Shown here: piece after piece, positions 30,844 through 42,774 of the stretch
Position numbering within the stretch: the stretch's first letter is position 1
Layout: the number at the start of each line of letters is the position of its first letter
Assembly: GCF_003334305.1 (NCBI RefSeq)
Contig: NZ_QOWS01000017.1
Origin: Escherichia coli
GTDB taxonomy: Bacteria > Pseudomonadota > Gammaproteobacteria > Enterobacterales > Enterobacteriaceae
DNA length: 64,000 bases
Strand: one strand, 5' to 3'
Made by a program: the position numbers and the translations under genes
The notes under the pieces: generated by a model
What the model saw: the letters and a program-made list of their open reading frames with translations, nothing else
What the model was told of the DNA's origin: nothing
The model's database searches: none

Positions 30844-32382
30844 ATGCTCATCCGGATCATTTCAACACCCAATCCCTGTGACTCTTTGTGGATGTGGAAT
30901 TTTCGCAACGGGGAACTCTGGCATTGTTAGCAGCCATTGGTGACGCTCCCATAAACGCCTGGATGAGTGATTGATGATGGTTTTGCTGAGAGTATGGATT
31001 TTTCGACAATGGAGGTTATCTCCACTTTACTGGCCGATGATTTATCGCAGTATGATTGATTACCTGACAGCGTGTATTCCTCTCCCACGGATATAATAAT
31101 TACTTACAAAAAGGGAGAGGATGCATATTTTAAATATCACTGAAGTGAACAGTTTATTGCCGTTATTAATAGAAATGGAGAAATAAATAGGCGTATTCTA
31201 CAATTGCGACAAAAACAACGATATTAATCAGTTTATGACTGATTTGTTGTACTTTATTCTCTTTCATTGGTACTTCCTCGCTTTAAAAAAGAGCGCACTT
31301 CGTAAGTGCCCTTATATAAATAACGAGTTTGGTCAACCAATTTTTTGACATGTATCACAAATTTGAATAGATGTATTACATCGGCTATCTTTTATTGCAC
31401 CAACGTCATTGATATATGTCGCCTGAAGTCAGTTCCGGGAATGAGTCTGATCTCAAGACTGGCCCAGTCCGGGCGTTGATTGGCGCTGAGGAGCATATCG
31501 CATCTCATCATAATGTCGTATCTCCTGGGGTGTTATACAAGATATCGTTGTTGGTGACCTGGGAGAGGAATTGAGTTCTATTAAACCGTCAACTATGCCG
31601 GATACATACTGGATTACACTGCAGGCACGCCTTACGAGAGAACGTGCCGCAGTGACGGGTTAATTATCTGAAAGAATTTGTGAGGCTGTATCGGTTACTC
31701 ATTGATTTGATAGTTTTACTCTCGGGAGAGTAATAGATATTTAATCTATTAACGGAAACCAGCCAGTTCCTTTCGATGCCTGAATTTGATTCCATAGTTT
31801 ATCCGGAATGGTTAATTCATGAATAAGTTGTGTTCTCGTTCATGAGAAGCATAACGTAAAGGGAAAAGCTCGATTAGACGGCAGGATTTGTCAGGGGTTA
31901 TGAACGAAATTCATAAATCTGTTTGAGTGTTGCGATGGGTAGTGCAAGTTCGAAATCTCCGCAATTTACAGTCCGATGAAGGAAAATGAATATCCATAAA
32001 AAATATATCGATTTATTCTGGCGTATATACCTACTTCGACGTATTTCCAATAGTTGTTAATTAAAGGCAGGCCATTATTATTCACTCTGAATAATGAATT
32101 ATTCACTGTCCGCAGAGTAAAAAATATAACTTAGGTGTCTATTTAATGACTTGCACAAAAAGCTAAATTTTCACCCATAAATAAAAATATAATCCCGCGC
32201 CCAACCACCTGATGAGTGGCTACAGACACTGGATATATTAGGTGGCGGTGCACTTTCTTACATAAAGGTATTTCCTTTTCTGCGGAAAAGGAAATCGGGA
32301 AATCCCCGGTTTTTCTGACAAGCAGACGCCATTATTTGTGTCTGCCTATGTTCGTTAATTCGTTCATCAGGAAATTATCTCA

Positions 32383-35300
32383 ATGTCGCGTTATAAAACA
32401 GGTCATAAACAACCACGATTTCGTTATTCAGTTCTGGCCCGCTGCGTGGCGTGGGCAAATATCTCTGTTCAGGTTCTTTTTCCACTCGCTGTCACCTTTA
32501 CCCCAGTAATGGCGGCACGTGCGCAGCATGCGGTTCAGCCACGGTTGAGCATGGGAAATACTACGGTAACTGCTGATAATAACGTGGAGAAAAATGTCGC
32601 GTCGTTTGCCGCAAATGCCGGGACATTTTTAAGCAGTCAGCCAGATAGCGATGCGACACGTAACTTTATTACCGGAATGGCCACAGCTAAAGCTAACCAG
32701 GAAATACAGGAGTGGCTCGGGAAATATGGTACTGCGCGCGTCAAACTGAATGTCGATAAAGATTTCTCGCTGAAGGATTCTTCGCTGGAAATGCTTTATC
32801 CGATTTATGATACGCCAACAAATATGTTGTTCACTCAGGGAGCAATACATCGTACCGACGATCGTACTCAGTCAAATATTGGTTTTGGCTGGCGTCATTT
32901 TTCAGGAAATGACTGGATGGCGGGGGTGAACACCTTTATCGACCATGATTTATCCCGTAGTCATACCCGCATTGGTGTTGGTGCGGAATACTGGCGCGAT
33001 TATCTGAAACTGAGCGCCAATGGTTATATTCGGGCTTCTGGCTGGAAAAAATCGCCGGATATTGAGGATTATCAGGAACGCCCGGCGAATGGTTGGGATA
33101 TCCGCGCAGAGGGCTATTTACCTGCCTGGCCGCAGCTTGGCGCAAGCCTGATGTATGAACAGTATTATGGCGATGAAGTCGGGCTGTTTGGTAAAGATAA
33201 GCGCCAGAAAGACCCGCATGCTATTTCTGCCGAGGTGACCTATACGCCAGTGCCTCTTCTGACACTGAGCGCCGGGCATAAGCAGGGCAAGAGCGGTGAG
33301 AATGACACTCGCTTTGGCCTGGAAGTTAATTATCGGATTGGCGAACCTCTGGAGAAACAACTCGATACAGACAGCATTCGCGAGCGTCGAATGCTGGCAG
33401 GCAGCCGCTATGACCTGGTTGAGCGTAATAACAACATCGTTCTTGAGTACCGCAAATCTGAAGTGATCCGTATTGCTCTGCCTGAGCGTATTGAAGGTAA
33501 GGGCGGTCAGACACTTTCCCTGGGGCTTGTGGTCAGCAAAGCAACTCACGGACTGAAAAATGTGCAGTGGGAAGCGCCGTCATTACTGGCTGAAGGTGGC
33601 AAAATTACCGGTCAGGGTAGTCAGTGGCAAGTAACGCTCCCGGCTTATCGTCCAGGCAAAGACAATTATTATGCGATTTCTGCGGTTGCCTACGATAACA
33701 AAGGCAATGCCTCAAAACGCGTGCAGACAGAGGTGGTCATTACCGGAGCAGGTATGAGTGCCGATCGCACGGCGTTAACGCTTGACGGTCAGAGCCGTAT
33801 TCAAATGCTTGCTAACGGTAATGAGCAAAGACCGCTGGTGCTGTCTCTGCGCGACGCCGAGGGCCAGCCAGTCACGGGCATGAAAGATCAGATCAAGACT
33901 GAACTAACTTTCAAACCGGCTGGAAATATTGTGACTCGTACCCTGAAGGCCACTAAATCACAGGCAAAGCCAACACTGGGTGAGTTCACCGAAACTGAAG
34001 CCGGGGTGTATCAGTCTGTCTTTACTACCGGAACGCAGTCAGGTGAGGCAACGATTACTGTTAGCGTTGATGGCATGAGCAAAACCGTCACTGCAGAACT
34101 GCGGGCCACGATGATGGATGTGGCAAACTCCACCCTGAGCGCTAACGAGCCGTCAGGTGACGTGGTTGCTGATGGTCAGCAAGCCTATACGTTGACGTTG
34201 ACTGCGGTGGACTCCGAGGGTAATCCGGTGACGGGAGAAGCCAGCCGCTTGCGATTTGTTCCGCAAGACACTAATGGTGTAACCGTTGGTGCCATTTCGG
34301 AAATAAAACCAGGCGTTTACAGCGCCACGGTTTCTTCGACCCGTGCCGGAAACGTTGTTGTGCGTGCTTTCAGCGAGCAGTATCAGCTGGGCACATTACA
34401 ACAAACGCTGAAGTTTGTTGCCGGGCCGCTTGATGCAGCACATTCGTCCATCACCCTGAATCCTGATAAACCGGTGGTTGGCGGTACAGTTACGGCAATC
34501 TGGACGGCAAAAGATGCTAATGACAACCCTGTAACTGGTCTCAATCCGGATGCACCGTCATTATCGGGCGCAGCTGCTGTAGGTTCTACGGCATCAGGCT
34601 GGACGGATAATGGCGACGGGACCTGGACTGCGCAGATTTCTCTCGGCACTACGGCGGGTGAATTAGAGGTTATGCCGAAGCTAAATGGACAGGATGCGGC
34701 AGCGAATGCGGCTAAAGTAACCGTGGTGGCTGATGCGTTATCTTCAGGCCAGTCGACAGTGTCTGTAGCCGCAGATCGCGTAAAAGCAGGCGAAAGCACA
34801 ACCGTGACGCTTATTGCAAAAGATGCACATGGCAACGCTATCAGTGGTCTTTCCCTGTCGGCAAGCCTGACGGGTGCTGCGTCTGAAGGGGCGACTGTTT
34901 CTGGTTGGACCGAAAAAGGTGATGGTTCCTATGTCGCTACGCTGACAACAGGTGGAAAGACGGGTGAGCTTCTCGTCATGCCGCTATTCAACGGCCAGCC
35001 AGCAGCCACCGAAGCCGCGCAGTTGACTGTCATTGCGGGGGAGATGTCATCAGCGAACTCTACGCTTGTTGCTGACAATAAGGCTCCGACCGTCAAAACG
35101 ACGACGAAACTCACCTTCACCGTGAAGGATGCGTACGGGAACCTTGTCACCGGGCTGAAGCCAGATGCACCGCAGTTTAGTGGTGCCGCCAGCACGGGGA
35201 CAGAGCGACCTTCAACAGGAGACTGGACAGAAACAAGTAATGGGGTCTACGTGGCGACCTTGACTCTGGGATCTGCCGCGGGCCAGTTGTCTGTGATGCC

Positions 35301-36636
35301 GCGAGTGAACGGCCAAAATGCCGTTGCTCAGCCACTGGTGCTGAATGTTGCTGGTGACGCATCTAAGGCTGAGATTCGTGATATGACGGTGAAGGTTGAT
35401 AACCAGCTGGCTAATGGACAATCGACTAACCAGGTAACCCTGACCGTTGTGGACACCTATGGTAACCCGTTGCAGGGACAAAATGTGACGCTGACTCTGC
35501 CGAAAGGTGTGACCAGCAAGACGGGGAATACGGTAACAACCGATGCGGCAGGTAAAGCCGACATTGAGCTGATGTCAACGGTTGCCGGGGAACACAGCAT
35601 CACGGCCTCAGTGAATAATGCTCAGAAGACGGTTACGGTGAAATTCAAGGCGGATTTCAGTACCGGTCAGGCGAGTCTGGAGGTTGATAGCGCCGCGCCA
35701 AAAGTAGCAAACGGCAAAGATGCCTTTACGCTGACGGCGACCGTTGAGGATAAAAATGGTAACCCTGTTCCAGGGAGCCTGGTGACCTTTAATCTGCCCC
35801 GGGGTGTCAAGCCGCTTACAGGCGATAATGTCTGGGTGAAAGCCAACGATGAGGGGACAGCAGAGTTGCAGGTGGTTTCAGTGACTGCCGGAACGTATGA
35901 GATCACGGCATCGGCGGGGAATAGCCAGCCTTCGGATACGCAGACTATAACGTTTGTAGCCGATAAGGCTACCGCAACCGTCTCCGGTATTGAGGTGATT
36001 GGCAACTATGCGCTGGCGGACGGCAAAGCCAAACAAACGTATAAAGTTACGGTGACTGATGCCAATAACAATTTGGTGAAAGATAGCGACGTGACGCTGA
36101 CTGCCAGCCCGGCTTCGTTAAACCTGGAACCGAATGGCACTGCGACAACGAATGAGCAAGGGCAGGCTATTTTCACCGCTACCACTACTGTTGCGGCGAC
36201 ATACACACTCAAGGCGCAAGTGAGTCAGACCAACGGTCAGGTATCAACGAAAACTGCCGAATCTAAATTCGTTGCGGATGATAAAAACGCGGTACTCACC
36301 GCATCATCTGATATGCAATCTCTGGTGGCGGATGGGAAATCGACTGCGAAGCTGGAGGTGACACTGATGTCGGCAAACAACCCCGTTGGCGGGAATATGT
36401 GGGTCGACATTCAGACGCCGGAAGGGGTGACGGAGAAGGATTATCAGTTCCTGCCGTCGAAAAATGACCATTTCGTGAGCGGAAAAATCACGCGTAAATT
36501 TAGTACCAGCAAGCCTGGTGTCTATACGTTCACATTTAACGCCCTGACCTATGGCGGGTACGAAATGAAGCCAGTGACGGTGACCATTACCGCGGTGGAT
36601 GCCGATACGGCAAAGGACGAGGAGGCGATGAAATAA
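32383..36636 (+). CDS. fdeC: intimin/invasin-like adhesin with Ig-like repeats, apparently intact
   Basis: 1417 aa; N-terminal MSRYKTGHKQPRFRYSVLARCVAW; position between rpmE2 and ykgA where K-12 carries the disrupted eaeH. Confidence 0.8.
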   Translation: MSRYKTGHKQPRFRYSVLARCVAWANISVQVLFPLAVTFTPVMAARAQHAVQPRLSMGNTTVTADNNVEKNVASFAANAGTFLSSQPDSDATRNFITGMATAKANQEIQEWLGKYGTARVKLNVDKDFSLKDSSLEMLYPIYDTPTNMLFTQGAIHRTDDRTQSNIGFGWRHFSGNDWMAGVNTFIDHDLSRSHTRIGVGAEYWRDYLKLSANGYIRASGWKKSPDIEDYQERPANGWDIRAEGYLPAWPQLGASLMYEQYYGDEVGLFGKDKRQKDPHAISAEVTYTPVPLLTLSAGHKQGKSGENDTRFGLEVNYRIGEPLEKQLDTDSIRERRMLAGSRYDLVERNNNIVLEYRKSEVIRIALPERIEGKGGQTLSLGLVVSKATHGLKNVQWEAPSLLAEGGKITGQGSQWQVTLPAYRPGKDNYYAISAVAYDNKGNASKRVQTEVVITGAGMSADRTALTLDGQSRIQMLANGNEQRPLVLSLRDAEGQPVTGMKDQIKTELTFKPAGNIVTRTLKATKSQAKPTLGEFTETEAGVYQSVFTTGTQSGEATITVSVDGMSKTVTAELRATMMDVANSTLSANEPSGDVVADGQQAYTLTLTAVDSEGNPVTGEASRLRFVPQDTNGVTVGAISEIKPGVYSATVSSTRAGNVVVRAFSEQYQLGTLQQTLKFVAGPLDAAHSSITLNPDKPVVGGTVTAIWTAKDANDNPVTGLNPDAPSLSGAAAVGSTASGWTDNGDGTWTAQISLGTTAGELEVMPKLNGQDAAANAAKVTVVADALSSGQSTVSVAADRVKAGESTTVTLIAKDAHGNAISGLSLSASLTGAASEGATVSGWTEKGDGSYVATLTTGGKTGELLVMPLFNGQPAATEAAQLTVIAGEMSSANSTLVADNKAPTVKTTTKLTFTVKDAYGNLVTGLKPDAPQFSGAASTGTERPSTGDWTETSNGVYVATLTLGSAAGQLSVMPRVNGQNAVAQPLVLNVAGDASKAEIRDMTVKVDNQLANGQSTNQVTLTVVDTYGNPLQGQNVTLTLPKGVTSKTGNTVTTDAAGKADIELMSTVAGEHSITASVNNAQKTVTVKFKADFSTGQASLEVDSAAPKVANGKDAFTLTATVEDKNGNPVPGSLVTFNLPRGVKPLTGDNVWVKANDEGTAELQVVSVTAGTYEITASAGNSQPSDTQTITFVADKATATVSGIEVIGNYALADGKAKQTYKVTVTDANNNLVKDSDVTLTASPASLNLEPNGTATTNEQGQAIFTATTTVAATYTLKAQVSQTNGQVSTKTAESKFVADDKNAVLTASSDMQSLVADGKSTAKLEVTLMSANNPVGGNMWVDIQTPEGVTEKDYQFLPSKNDHFVSGKITRKFSTSKPGVYTFTFNALTYGGYEMKPVTVTITAVDADTAKDEEAMK

Positions 36637-36756
36637 TTTTAAGAATATGAAAGTAACATTCTAATAAACAATAATGGCGTTGACATCTTCAACGCCATTA
36701 TTTATTGAATTTCCTGACAGTAGTCTCGTTATAAATTCATTTAGATATAGCGAAAA

Positions 36757-37647
36757 CTAAACCGGACGAACGGGGATAAAAATTTCGCAAACAACATCAT
36801 TGCTATCCTTTTCTACGAAATCTTCATTGTAATAAAACCGCTCAATATCACTGCCGTTCACTCTGGCTAACCCCCTGGCGGGTAATTCCATCAGATAGAG
36901 GTTTCGCGCCCATTCAGGGTAGTGCTCCCACTCACCTTCATAGCGGAAAGAGGCATACAGTCCTCGGTTAATTGTCCACTCTTTCGGCATCTCTGAATCG
37001 GTTTGTTTGCATACCGTACCGGCAAAAGTTTCAACCGTGAGCAAATCGACCGATTTTGTTGACGGTTCAAACGTGGAGACGAAATAGATATCCGTCTTAA
37101 AATTATTCATACATCTGGCTAAATGATGACGTCGCAGTTTGACTTCTTCATCCGGTGATTTATTCGACACTTCAATGTCATATTTAAATGAGTTGCCAAA
37201 AATAGGTGTCTCAGGAAAATTGACTAATCTACACTCCGTCTTTTGCTGTTGACGTATTAAAAAAGAAGGGAAGATATTTGCGAGATCCCAATAATCACGG
37301 TGGCGGTATTCACGGGGAGAGCAGCCGAATAACTTTTTAAATTCGCGGCTGAATGACTGCTGTGAATCAAAATGCAAAGAGAGTGCAATATCAAGCATAG
37401 ATTTCGCGGTGAGCCGGACAAGAATGGCGGCACGACAAAGCCTTCGTTTGCGAATGTATTCTCCCAAAGGCACATGCATGAAATTTCGGAACAGAAGCTG
37501 GATGTTGCGTCTGCTGTAGCCAGATTTCTGTGCGATATCTTCGATTGAAATAGGGTGCTCAAGATTGCACTCAATCCACTTCAGGAGCTGCTGTAGAATC
37601 TTCTGCCTGATCATCACATTCTCCATTGATTCTTCGTCATATCGCAC
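36757..37647 (-). CDS. ykgA: AraC-family transcriptional regulator
   Basis: 296-aa ORF with AraC-type HTH near the N-terminus; exact start uncertain. Confidence 0.7.
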   Translation of the reverse strand: MRYDEESMENVMIRQKILQQLLKWIECNLEHPISIEDIAQKSGYSRRNIQLLFRNFMHVPLGEYIRKRRLCRAAILVRLTAKSMLDIALSLHFDSQQSFSREFKKLFGCSPREYRHRDYWDLANIFPSFLIRQQQKTECRLVNFPETPIFGNSFKYDIEVSNKSPDEEVKLRRHHLARCMNNFKTDIYFVSTFEPSTKSVDLLTVETFAGTVCKQTDSEMPKEWTINRGLYASFRYEGEWEHYPEWARNLYLMELPARGLARVNGSDIERFYYNEDFVEKDSNDVVCEIFIPVRPV

Positions 37648-37862
37648 ATTTTCGTTATGCCCTGGGCCCTAAGTGTATCAAAAACAGCAAGGGCGAAGGC
37701 AAAAGCACTGGTAGCGTCTGCTTCGTTGTCCCCGAAAATAGAGAGGTTTCAGTCCTGCATTATTAATGAATTTTTTGCATAAGTGATATCAAAATCCACG
37801 TACTAATTTGAGGTTACGTTTTAACGTAGACTCATTGTTCATGCCTAATGGAGGGACTGACA

Positions 37863-38732
37863 GTGGAATTTTCCGTATTAAGTAACAATCTGAAAATGTC
37901 GATGATGGGATTTGGTGTTTTTCAGGTTACCGATAAAAACGTGTGCAAACAGTCAGTGTTGAACGCTATCCGCACAGGTTATCGACTCATCGACACTGCA
38001 GCGGTATACGGTAATGAAGATGCCGTCGGTGAAGCCGTTCGTGAAGCTATATCTGAAGGTTTATGTACCCGAGATGAGTTATTTATAACGTCTAAATTGT
38101 GGGTGCAGGATATGTTGAATCAGGATACGGCAGCAGCAGGTATTGAAGCATCATTAAAAAAATCGGGACTAGAGTACTTCGACCTCTATTTATTGCACCA
38201 GGCTATGCGCGATTATTTCAGTGCGTGGCGTGCACTCGAAGATGCCTATGAAGAGGGCAAATTAAAAGCAATTGGGGTTTCCAATTTCTATCCTCATGTT
38301 CTGGCGAACTTTTGTGAAACGGTAAGAGTTAAACCGATGGTCAACCAGGTCGAGTTGCATCCCTATTTTGCCCAACCAGAGGCGCTGGCAACCATGAAGT
38401 ATTATAACGTGCAGCCTGAAGCATGGGCTCCGTTAGGTGGTGGACGACATAAACCCTTTGAAAATAATCTGCTTCAGAGTATTGCAGATGCCCATCAAAA
38501 ATCGATTTCTCAAGTCATTCTGCGTTGGAATATTCAACGGGGAGTGGTCGTTATTCCGAAATCGACACATCAACAGCGTATCGAAGAAAATTTTGCTATC
38601 TGGGATTTCTCACTGACAGAGAAAGAAATGGCACAAATTAGTTCGCTTGATTTGGGTTATGTTGGGGAGTCGGTAAAACATTTTAATCCTGAATTTGTTC
38701 GTGGTTGTCTTGCTGTAAAAATACATGATTGA
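37863..38732 (+). CDS. aldo-keto reductase
   Basis: GTG start 7 nt after GGAGGG; AKR-like N-terminus MSMMGFGVFQ and conserved IDTAAVYGNE; the track ORF begins at an upstream ATG (37848) lacking an RBS. Confidence 0.8.
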   Translation: MEFSVLSNNLKMSMMGFGVFQVTDKNVCKQSVLNAIRTGYRLIDTAAVYGNEDAVGEAVREAISEGLCTRDELFITSKLWVQDMLNQDTAAAGIEASLKKSGLEYFDLYLLHQAMRDYFSAWRALEDAYEEGKLKAIGVSNFYPHVLANFCETVRVKPMVNQVELHPYFAQPEALATMKYYNVQPEAWAPLGGGRHKPFENNLLQSIADAHQKSISQVILRWNIQRGVVVIPKSTHQQRIEENFAIWDFSLTEKEMAQISSLDLGYVGESVKHFNPEFVRGCLAVKIHD

Positions 38733-38891
38733 TATTAATCATATATTTTACCTGAGACGACAAGAATCTTTTAACAGGGGAGTGATATTGATCTTCACTC
38801 TGTCATATCTCCGGTAATATGGCGTCAGGCTTCATCATCAGAAAGGGGGCCTGACGCCTGAAAAAGTGAACAACAGACAGTGTTCGGATTA

Positions 38892-39485
38892 TCAATATTC
38901 AGTTTTTAACGTTGAACTGGATTCATTACTGCGTTGTTTAAGAATTTCCCGCGCCGAATCTGCCATTATCATGACAGCACCTGCCAGCATCAGAGTATCT
39001 TTCAATACCAGGCGACCAGCACCGGATAAATAAGGGAAACCATGATGAGCGTCACCCAATGCGGGTACCCATGCCTCCGGGGTGGTGATTAAAAATGAGA
39101 GTGTTACCAGCGGCGTGGTAAATGCCATCAGTCCTCCCAATAAACCTAACCAGCGATTGACAGGATTAGCCAAAACCAGCAGAGCAATAATCACCTCCAC
39201 GACGCCAAGACCGTTGGAAAAACCATAGGTATTATTGGCCGTTTGCCATGCCCTTGCTTCTGGTTTGTATTCGCCTTCGTGAGTCAGATACTGTTTATAG
39301 TCTTCCGGGTGTTCATAAAAGAACGACATTAGTGGACTGTTTGCGACGAATGGTGTAATGCTGTCTGCCTCGTAAGGGACAAACTTTAATAACCCAATCC
39401 ACATAAAAACAATTGCAATACTCAGACGAATCAATGTCAGGCCAATTTTATCTCCCCGACTTAACAGGTGCAGGTATTTTTCCAT
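38892..39485 (-). CDS. rclC: reactive chlorine resistance inner membrane protein RclC
   Basis: 197 aa from MEKYLHLLS with multiple TM segments; operon with rclB and rclA. Confidence 0.8.
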   Translation of the reverse strand: MEKYLHLLSRGDKIGLTLIRLSIAIVFMWIGLLKFVPYEADSITPFVANSPLMSFFYEHPEDYKQYLTHEGEYKPEARAWQTANNTYGFSNGLGVVEVIIALLVLANPVNRWLGLLGGLMAFTTPLVTLSFLITTPEAWVPALGDAHHGFPYLSGAGRLVLKDTLMLAGAVMIMADSAREILKQRSNESSSTLKTEY

Positions 39486-39496
39486 TGTGAACATCC

Positions 39497-39733
39497 TTAT
39501 TTATACAATACTGCTGTTGCGGTTGAATTATTATCAATTCGCATCGATGTGACTTTCCAGGATGAAGCATTATATTTTCTGGCTATATCAGCAATGGTAT
39601 CCTCCAGAACTGTCGGTGATGCTGATACTGACGAGACGCTGATATGTTTCAGAATTATTTTATCATCTGCATTGGTGGAAAATGCCATAACGCCAGATAA
39701 TAGTGTTGCAAATAAAACAGATTTTTTAAACAT
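39497..39733 (-). CDS. rclB: small periplasmic protein RclB
   Basis: 78 aa from MFKKSVLFATLLSGVMAFSTNA (signal peptide). Confidence 0.8.
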   Translation of the reverse strand: MFKKSVLFATLLSGVMAFSTNADDKIILKHISVSSVSASPTVLEDTIADIARKYNASSWKVTSMRIDNNSTATAVLYK

Positions 39734-39841
39734 ATAAAATACCATCAATGAAGTGATTAAGAAGTTATAGAGTAACAGGGAATTAATAAGATTCTTTTCT
39801 CTGAGACGCCAGAATATTTGTTCTTGCGTCTGATTTTGAGT

Positions 39842-41167
39842 TTATTTGACTAATGAAAATAGATCATTGAGTGATTCGCTCATCGACGGATGAGTAAATA
39901 TCTGATCGCGTAATATGCTATAAGGCAGCCCGGCATCCATCACCATTTTCACTATATTGATCATCTCGTGGGAGTCAACACACAGCAGTGATGCCCCTAA
40001 TATACGTTGGGTTTTATTATCAACAATCGCTTTTAATACCCCACGAGTATCATTCATCACTCTGGCACGCGGAATTGCAGCTACAGGCAATGTCACCACC
40101 TGAATATCAGCACCACTCTCTCTGGCCTGTTCTTCTGTCATACCAACCCTGGACAGTGGCGGTGTCATGAATACGGAATAAGGCACATTTTTCCGATCAT
40201 CAGTACTACGTCTGCCTTCTCCCAGCAACTCATCACGCACAATGCGGTAATCATCCAGTGAAATATAAGTAAATTGCAGCCCGCCGGTAACATCTCCCAT
40301 CGCCCAAATATTGTCTGCGGTGGTATGTAATTGCTTGTCAACGACAATTGCCCCGCGCTCGTTTACTGCGATACCGGCATTTTCTGGATGTAACGAAGCG
40401 GTAGCCGGTTGACGACCGGAAGCTATTAACAGTGCATCCACCGCCAGTTGGGCGTGCTCGCTATGCACTTGCACTTGATTTTCATTGTGACTGATTCGCT
40501 CCACATGGGCATTGAGGATAATATCGACGCCCTGATCGCGTAAAATCGTCGCGATATTATCAGCAATATCCCGATCTTCCCGAGGCAAAAACAGCGAAGC
40601 TGCTTCTAAAATGGTTACCTTGCTGCCAAAATTAGCGAACATAGAGGCGAACTCAACGCCAATATATCCGCCGCCCAAAATACCTAAATGCCCAGGCAAT
40701 TCTTTTAGATTAAGTAATCCGGTGCTGTCATATACACCAGGCGTGGTGGTAATTCCAGGAATTGGCGGAACCACGGTTTGTGCACCGGTATTAATAAAAA
40801 TTTTCTCGCCATGAATTTCCAGATTTCCCTCAGGCCGATGAACACGCAGGCTATGATTATTGATAAACTCCGCCTGGCCGTCGATCACGTCGATATTGGG
40901 CATATCCGCAAGATTATGAAAATTCTTATTACGTAAAAAATTAACCACTTCATTTTTACGCTGTATGGCACGGACAAAATCTGTGTGCTGCTGTGCGTCA
41001 TGAACCAATGTTTTGGTTGGGATGCAGCCGATATTAATACAGGTCCCGCCATACATTGCATTTGATTGTTCGATGAGAGCCACTCGCCAACCTGCTTTTG
41101 CCAGCGTGACGGCTAATGTTTTTCCAGCCTTGCCAAAACCAATAATCACTGCCTGATATTTATTCAT
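39842..41167 (-). CDS. rclA: pyridine nucleotide-disulfide oxidoreductase RclA
   Basis: 441 aa from MNKYQAVIIGFGKAGK (FAD-binding GxGxxG); redox-active CINIGC. Confidence 0.85.
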   Translation of the reverse strand: MNKYQAVIIGFGKAGKTLAVTLAKAGWRVALIEQSNAMYGGTCINIGCIPTKTLVHDAQQHTDFVRAIQRKNEVVNFLRNKNFHNLADMPNIDVIDGQAEFINNHSLRVHRPEGNLEIHGEKIFINTGAQTVVPPIPGITTTPGVYDSTGLLNLKELPGHLGILGGGYIGVEFASMFANFGSKVTILEAASLFLPREDRDIADNIATILRDQGVDIILNAHVERISHNENQVQVHSEHAQLAVDALLIASGRQPATASLHPENAGIAVNERGAIVVDKQLHTTADNIWAMGDVTGGLQFTYISLDDYRIVRDELLGEGRRSTDDRKNVPYSVFMTPPLSRVGMTEEQARESGADIQVVTLPVAAIPRARVMNDTRGVLKAIVDNKTQRILGASLLCVDSHEMINIVKMVMDAGLPYSILRDQIFTHPSMSESLNDLFSLVK

Positions 41168-41392
41168 GATGATTTCCTGTCGAAACGCGTTCATTTGACA
41201 TCATGACTATAGACGCAAAAGAGCAAATACCATTTCTTCACAACGCTTGATATTTTGTCTTATCGTCTGGTATTTTCTTTTTCTTAATCAGAATCACAAA
41301 ACAAAAATCATGATTAACCATTTGATGGTATTAGATTAGTTATTTACTAAGATTGTTGGTGTTTGTAATCAAAAACCACTCAGGAGTCTGAT

Positions 41393-42247
41393 ATGGATGC
41401 CCTTAGCCGTTTGTTGATGCTTAACGCTCCACAAGGAACGATCGATAAGAATTGCGTGTTAGGAAGTGACTGGCAGCTTCCACATGGTGCCGGGGAATTA
41501 TCGGTTATTCGTTGGCATGCGTTAACGCAAGGAGCGGCGAAGCTGGAAATGCCGACGGGAGAGATTTTTACATTACGCCCGGGAAATGTGGTCCTGCTAC
41601 CACAAAATTCAGCTCATCGCCTGAGTCATGTCGATAATGAATCGACCTGTATTGTCTGCGGCACTCTTCGGTTGCAACATTCGGCGCGTTATTTTTTAAC
41701 GTCTTTGCCGGAAACGCTGTTTTTAGCACCGGTTAACCACAGCGTGGAATATAACTGGCTGAGGGAGGCGATCCCGTTTTTACAACAGGAATCCAGATCG
41801 GCGATGCCGGGAGTGGATGCACTGTGTAGCCAGATCTGCGCTACATTCTTTACCCTCGCGGTGCGTGAGTGGATTGCACAGGTTAATACTGAGAAAAACA
41901 TTCTCAGTTTGCTTCTGCATCCACGTCTTGGTGCGGTAATACAGCAAATGCTGGAAATGCCAGGACACGCCTGGACCGTCGAATCGCTGGCCAGCATCGC
42001 TCACATGTCCCGGGCAAGTTTTGCCCAGCTTTTCCGTGATGTTTCCGGAACCACGCCGCTGGCTGTATTAACAAAGTTGCGTCTACAAATAGCGGCCCAG
42101 ATGTTTTCCCGGGAAATGCTCCCTGTTGTGGTGATCGCTGAGTCAGTAGGCTATGCCAGTGAATCATCTTTTCACAAGGCGTTTGTCCGCGAGTTTGGTT
42201 GTACTCCGGGAGAATATCGGGAAAGGGTCAGACAGCTTGCACCCTGA
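41393..42247 (+). CDS. rclR: AraC-family redox-sensing regulator RclR
   Basis: 284 aa; divergent from rclA; C-terminal AraC HTH. Confidence 0.85.
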   Translation: MDALSRLLMLNAPQGTIDKNCVLGSDWQLPHGAGELSVIRWHALTQGAAKLEMPTGEIFTLRPGNVVLLPQNSAHRLSHVDNESTCIVCGTLRLQHSARYFLTSLPETLFLAPVNHSVEYNWLREAIPFLQQESRSAMPGVDALCSQICATFFTLAVREWIAQVNTEKNILSLLLHPRLGAVIQQMLEMPGHAWTVESLASIAHMSRASFAQLFRDVSGTTPLAVLTKLRLQIAAQMFSREMLPVVVIAESVGYASESSFHKAFVREFGCTPGEYRERVRQLAP

Positions 42248-42774
42248 ATAAAACCGCCAGAAATCAGGGCAAAGATAATCCGCATTCCGGGAGTTGTGAG
42301 CCTTTCAACTATTTCTATTTCCAACGGTGGTTTGGGCTTTATATATTTTTTTTCTGATGGACTCTAGCTCAGTTTTTAAATAAAAATGCAAACTAAATTG
42401 CTTCAATTAAATAAAACCCCGACTATTACTTGATACGTGATTATTGTCGGTGATTTTTTTGTACACCATCAGTGTATATCTCAATAACCCCTGAATAAGT
42501 AGCTCTGAATAGGTATAAGGGATGTAGCCTTTTTAAATGGATTTCTTATGCCAAAAATGAACGTCGATTTCCCCATAAAATGTGAGCGATGCCGAAAGAA
42601 ATAAAATTAGTTATTGCATTTGAAGTTTGGATGAAAGATCATCATTTGTCATACAAATGAGGGGTGGTATGTTGCTAGCCAATTAAAAAAGAACGCCATA
42701 TTTATTGATGATTGATCCCCCGGTGGGGGGGAAACATCGGGCATAAATGGGCATGAAGTAATGGAGTATTAGTT

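Noticed and set aside
32216-32509. 97-aa track ORF overlapping the start of the adhesin gene
   Set aside because: Out of frame with and overlapping the well-supported 1417-aa gene.
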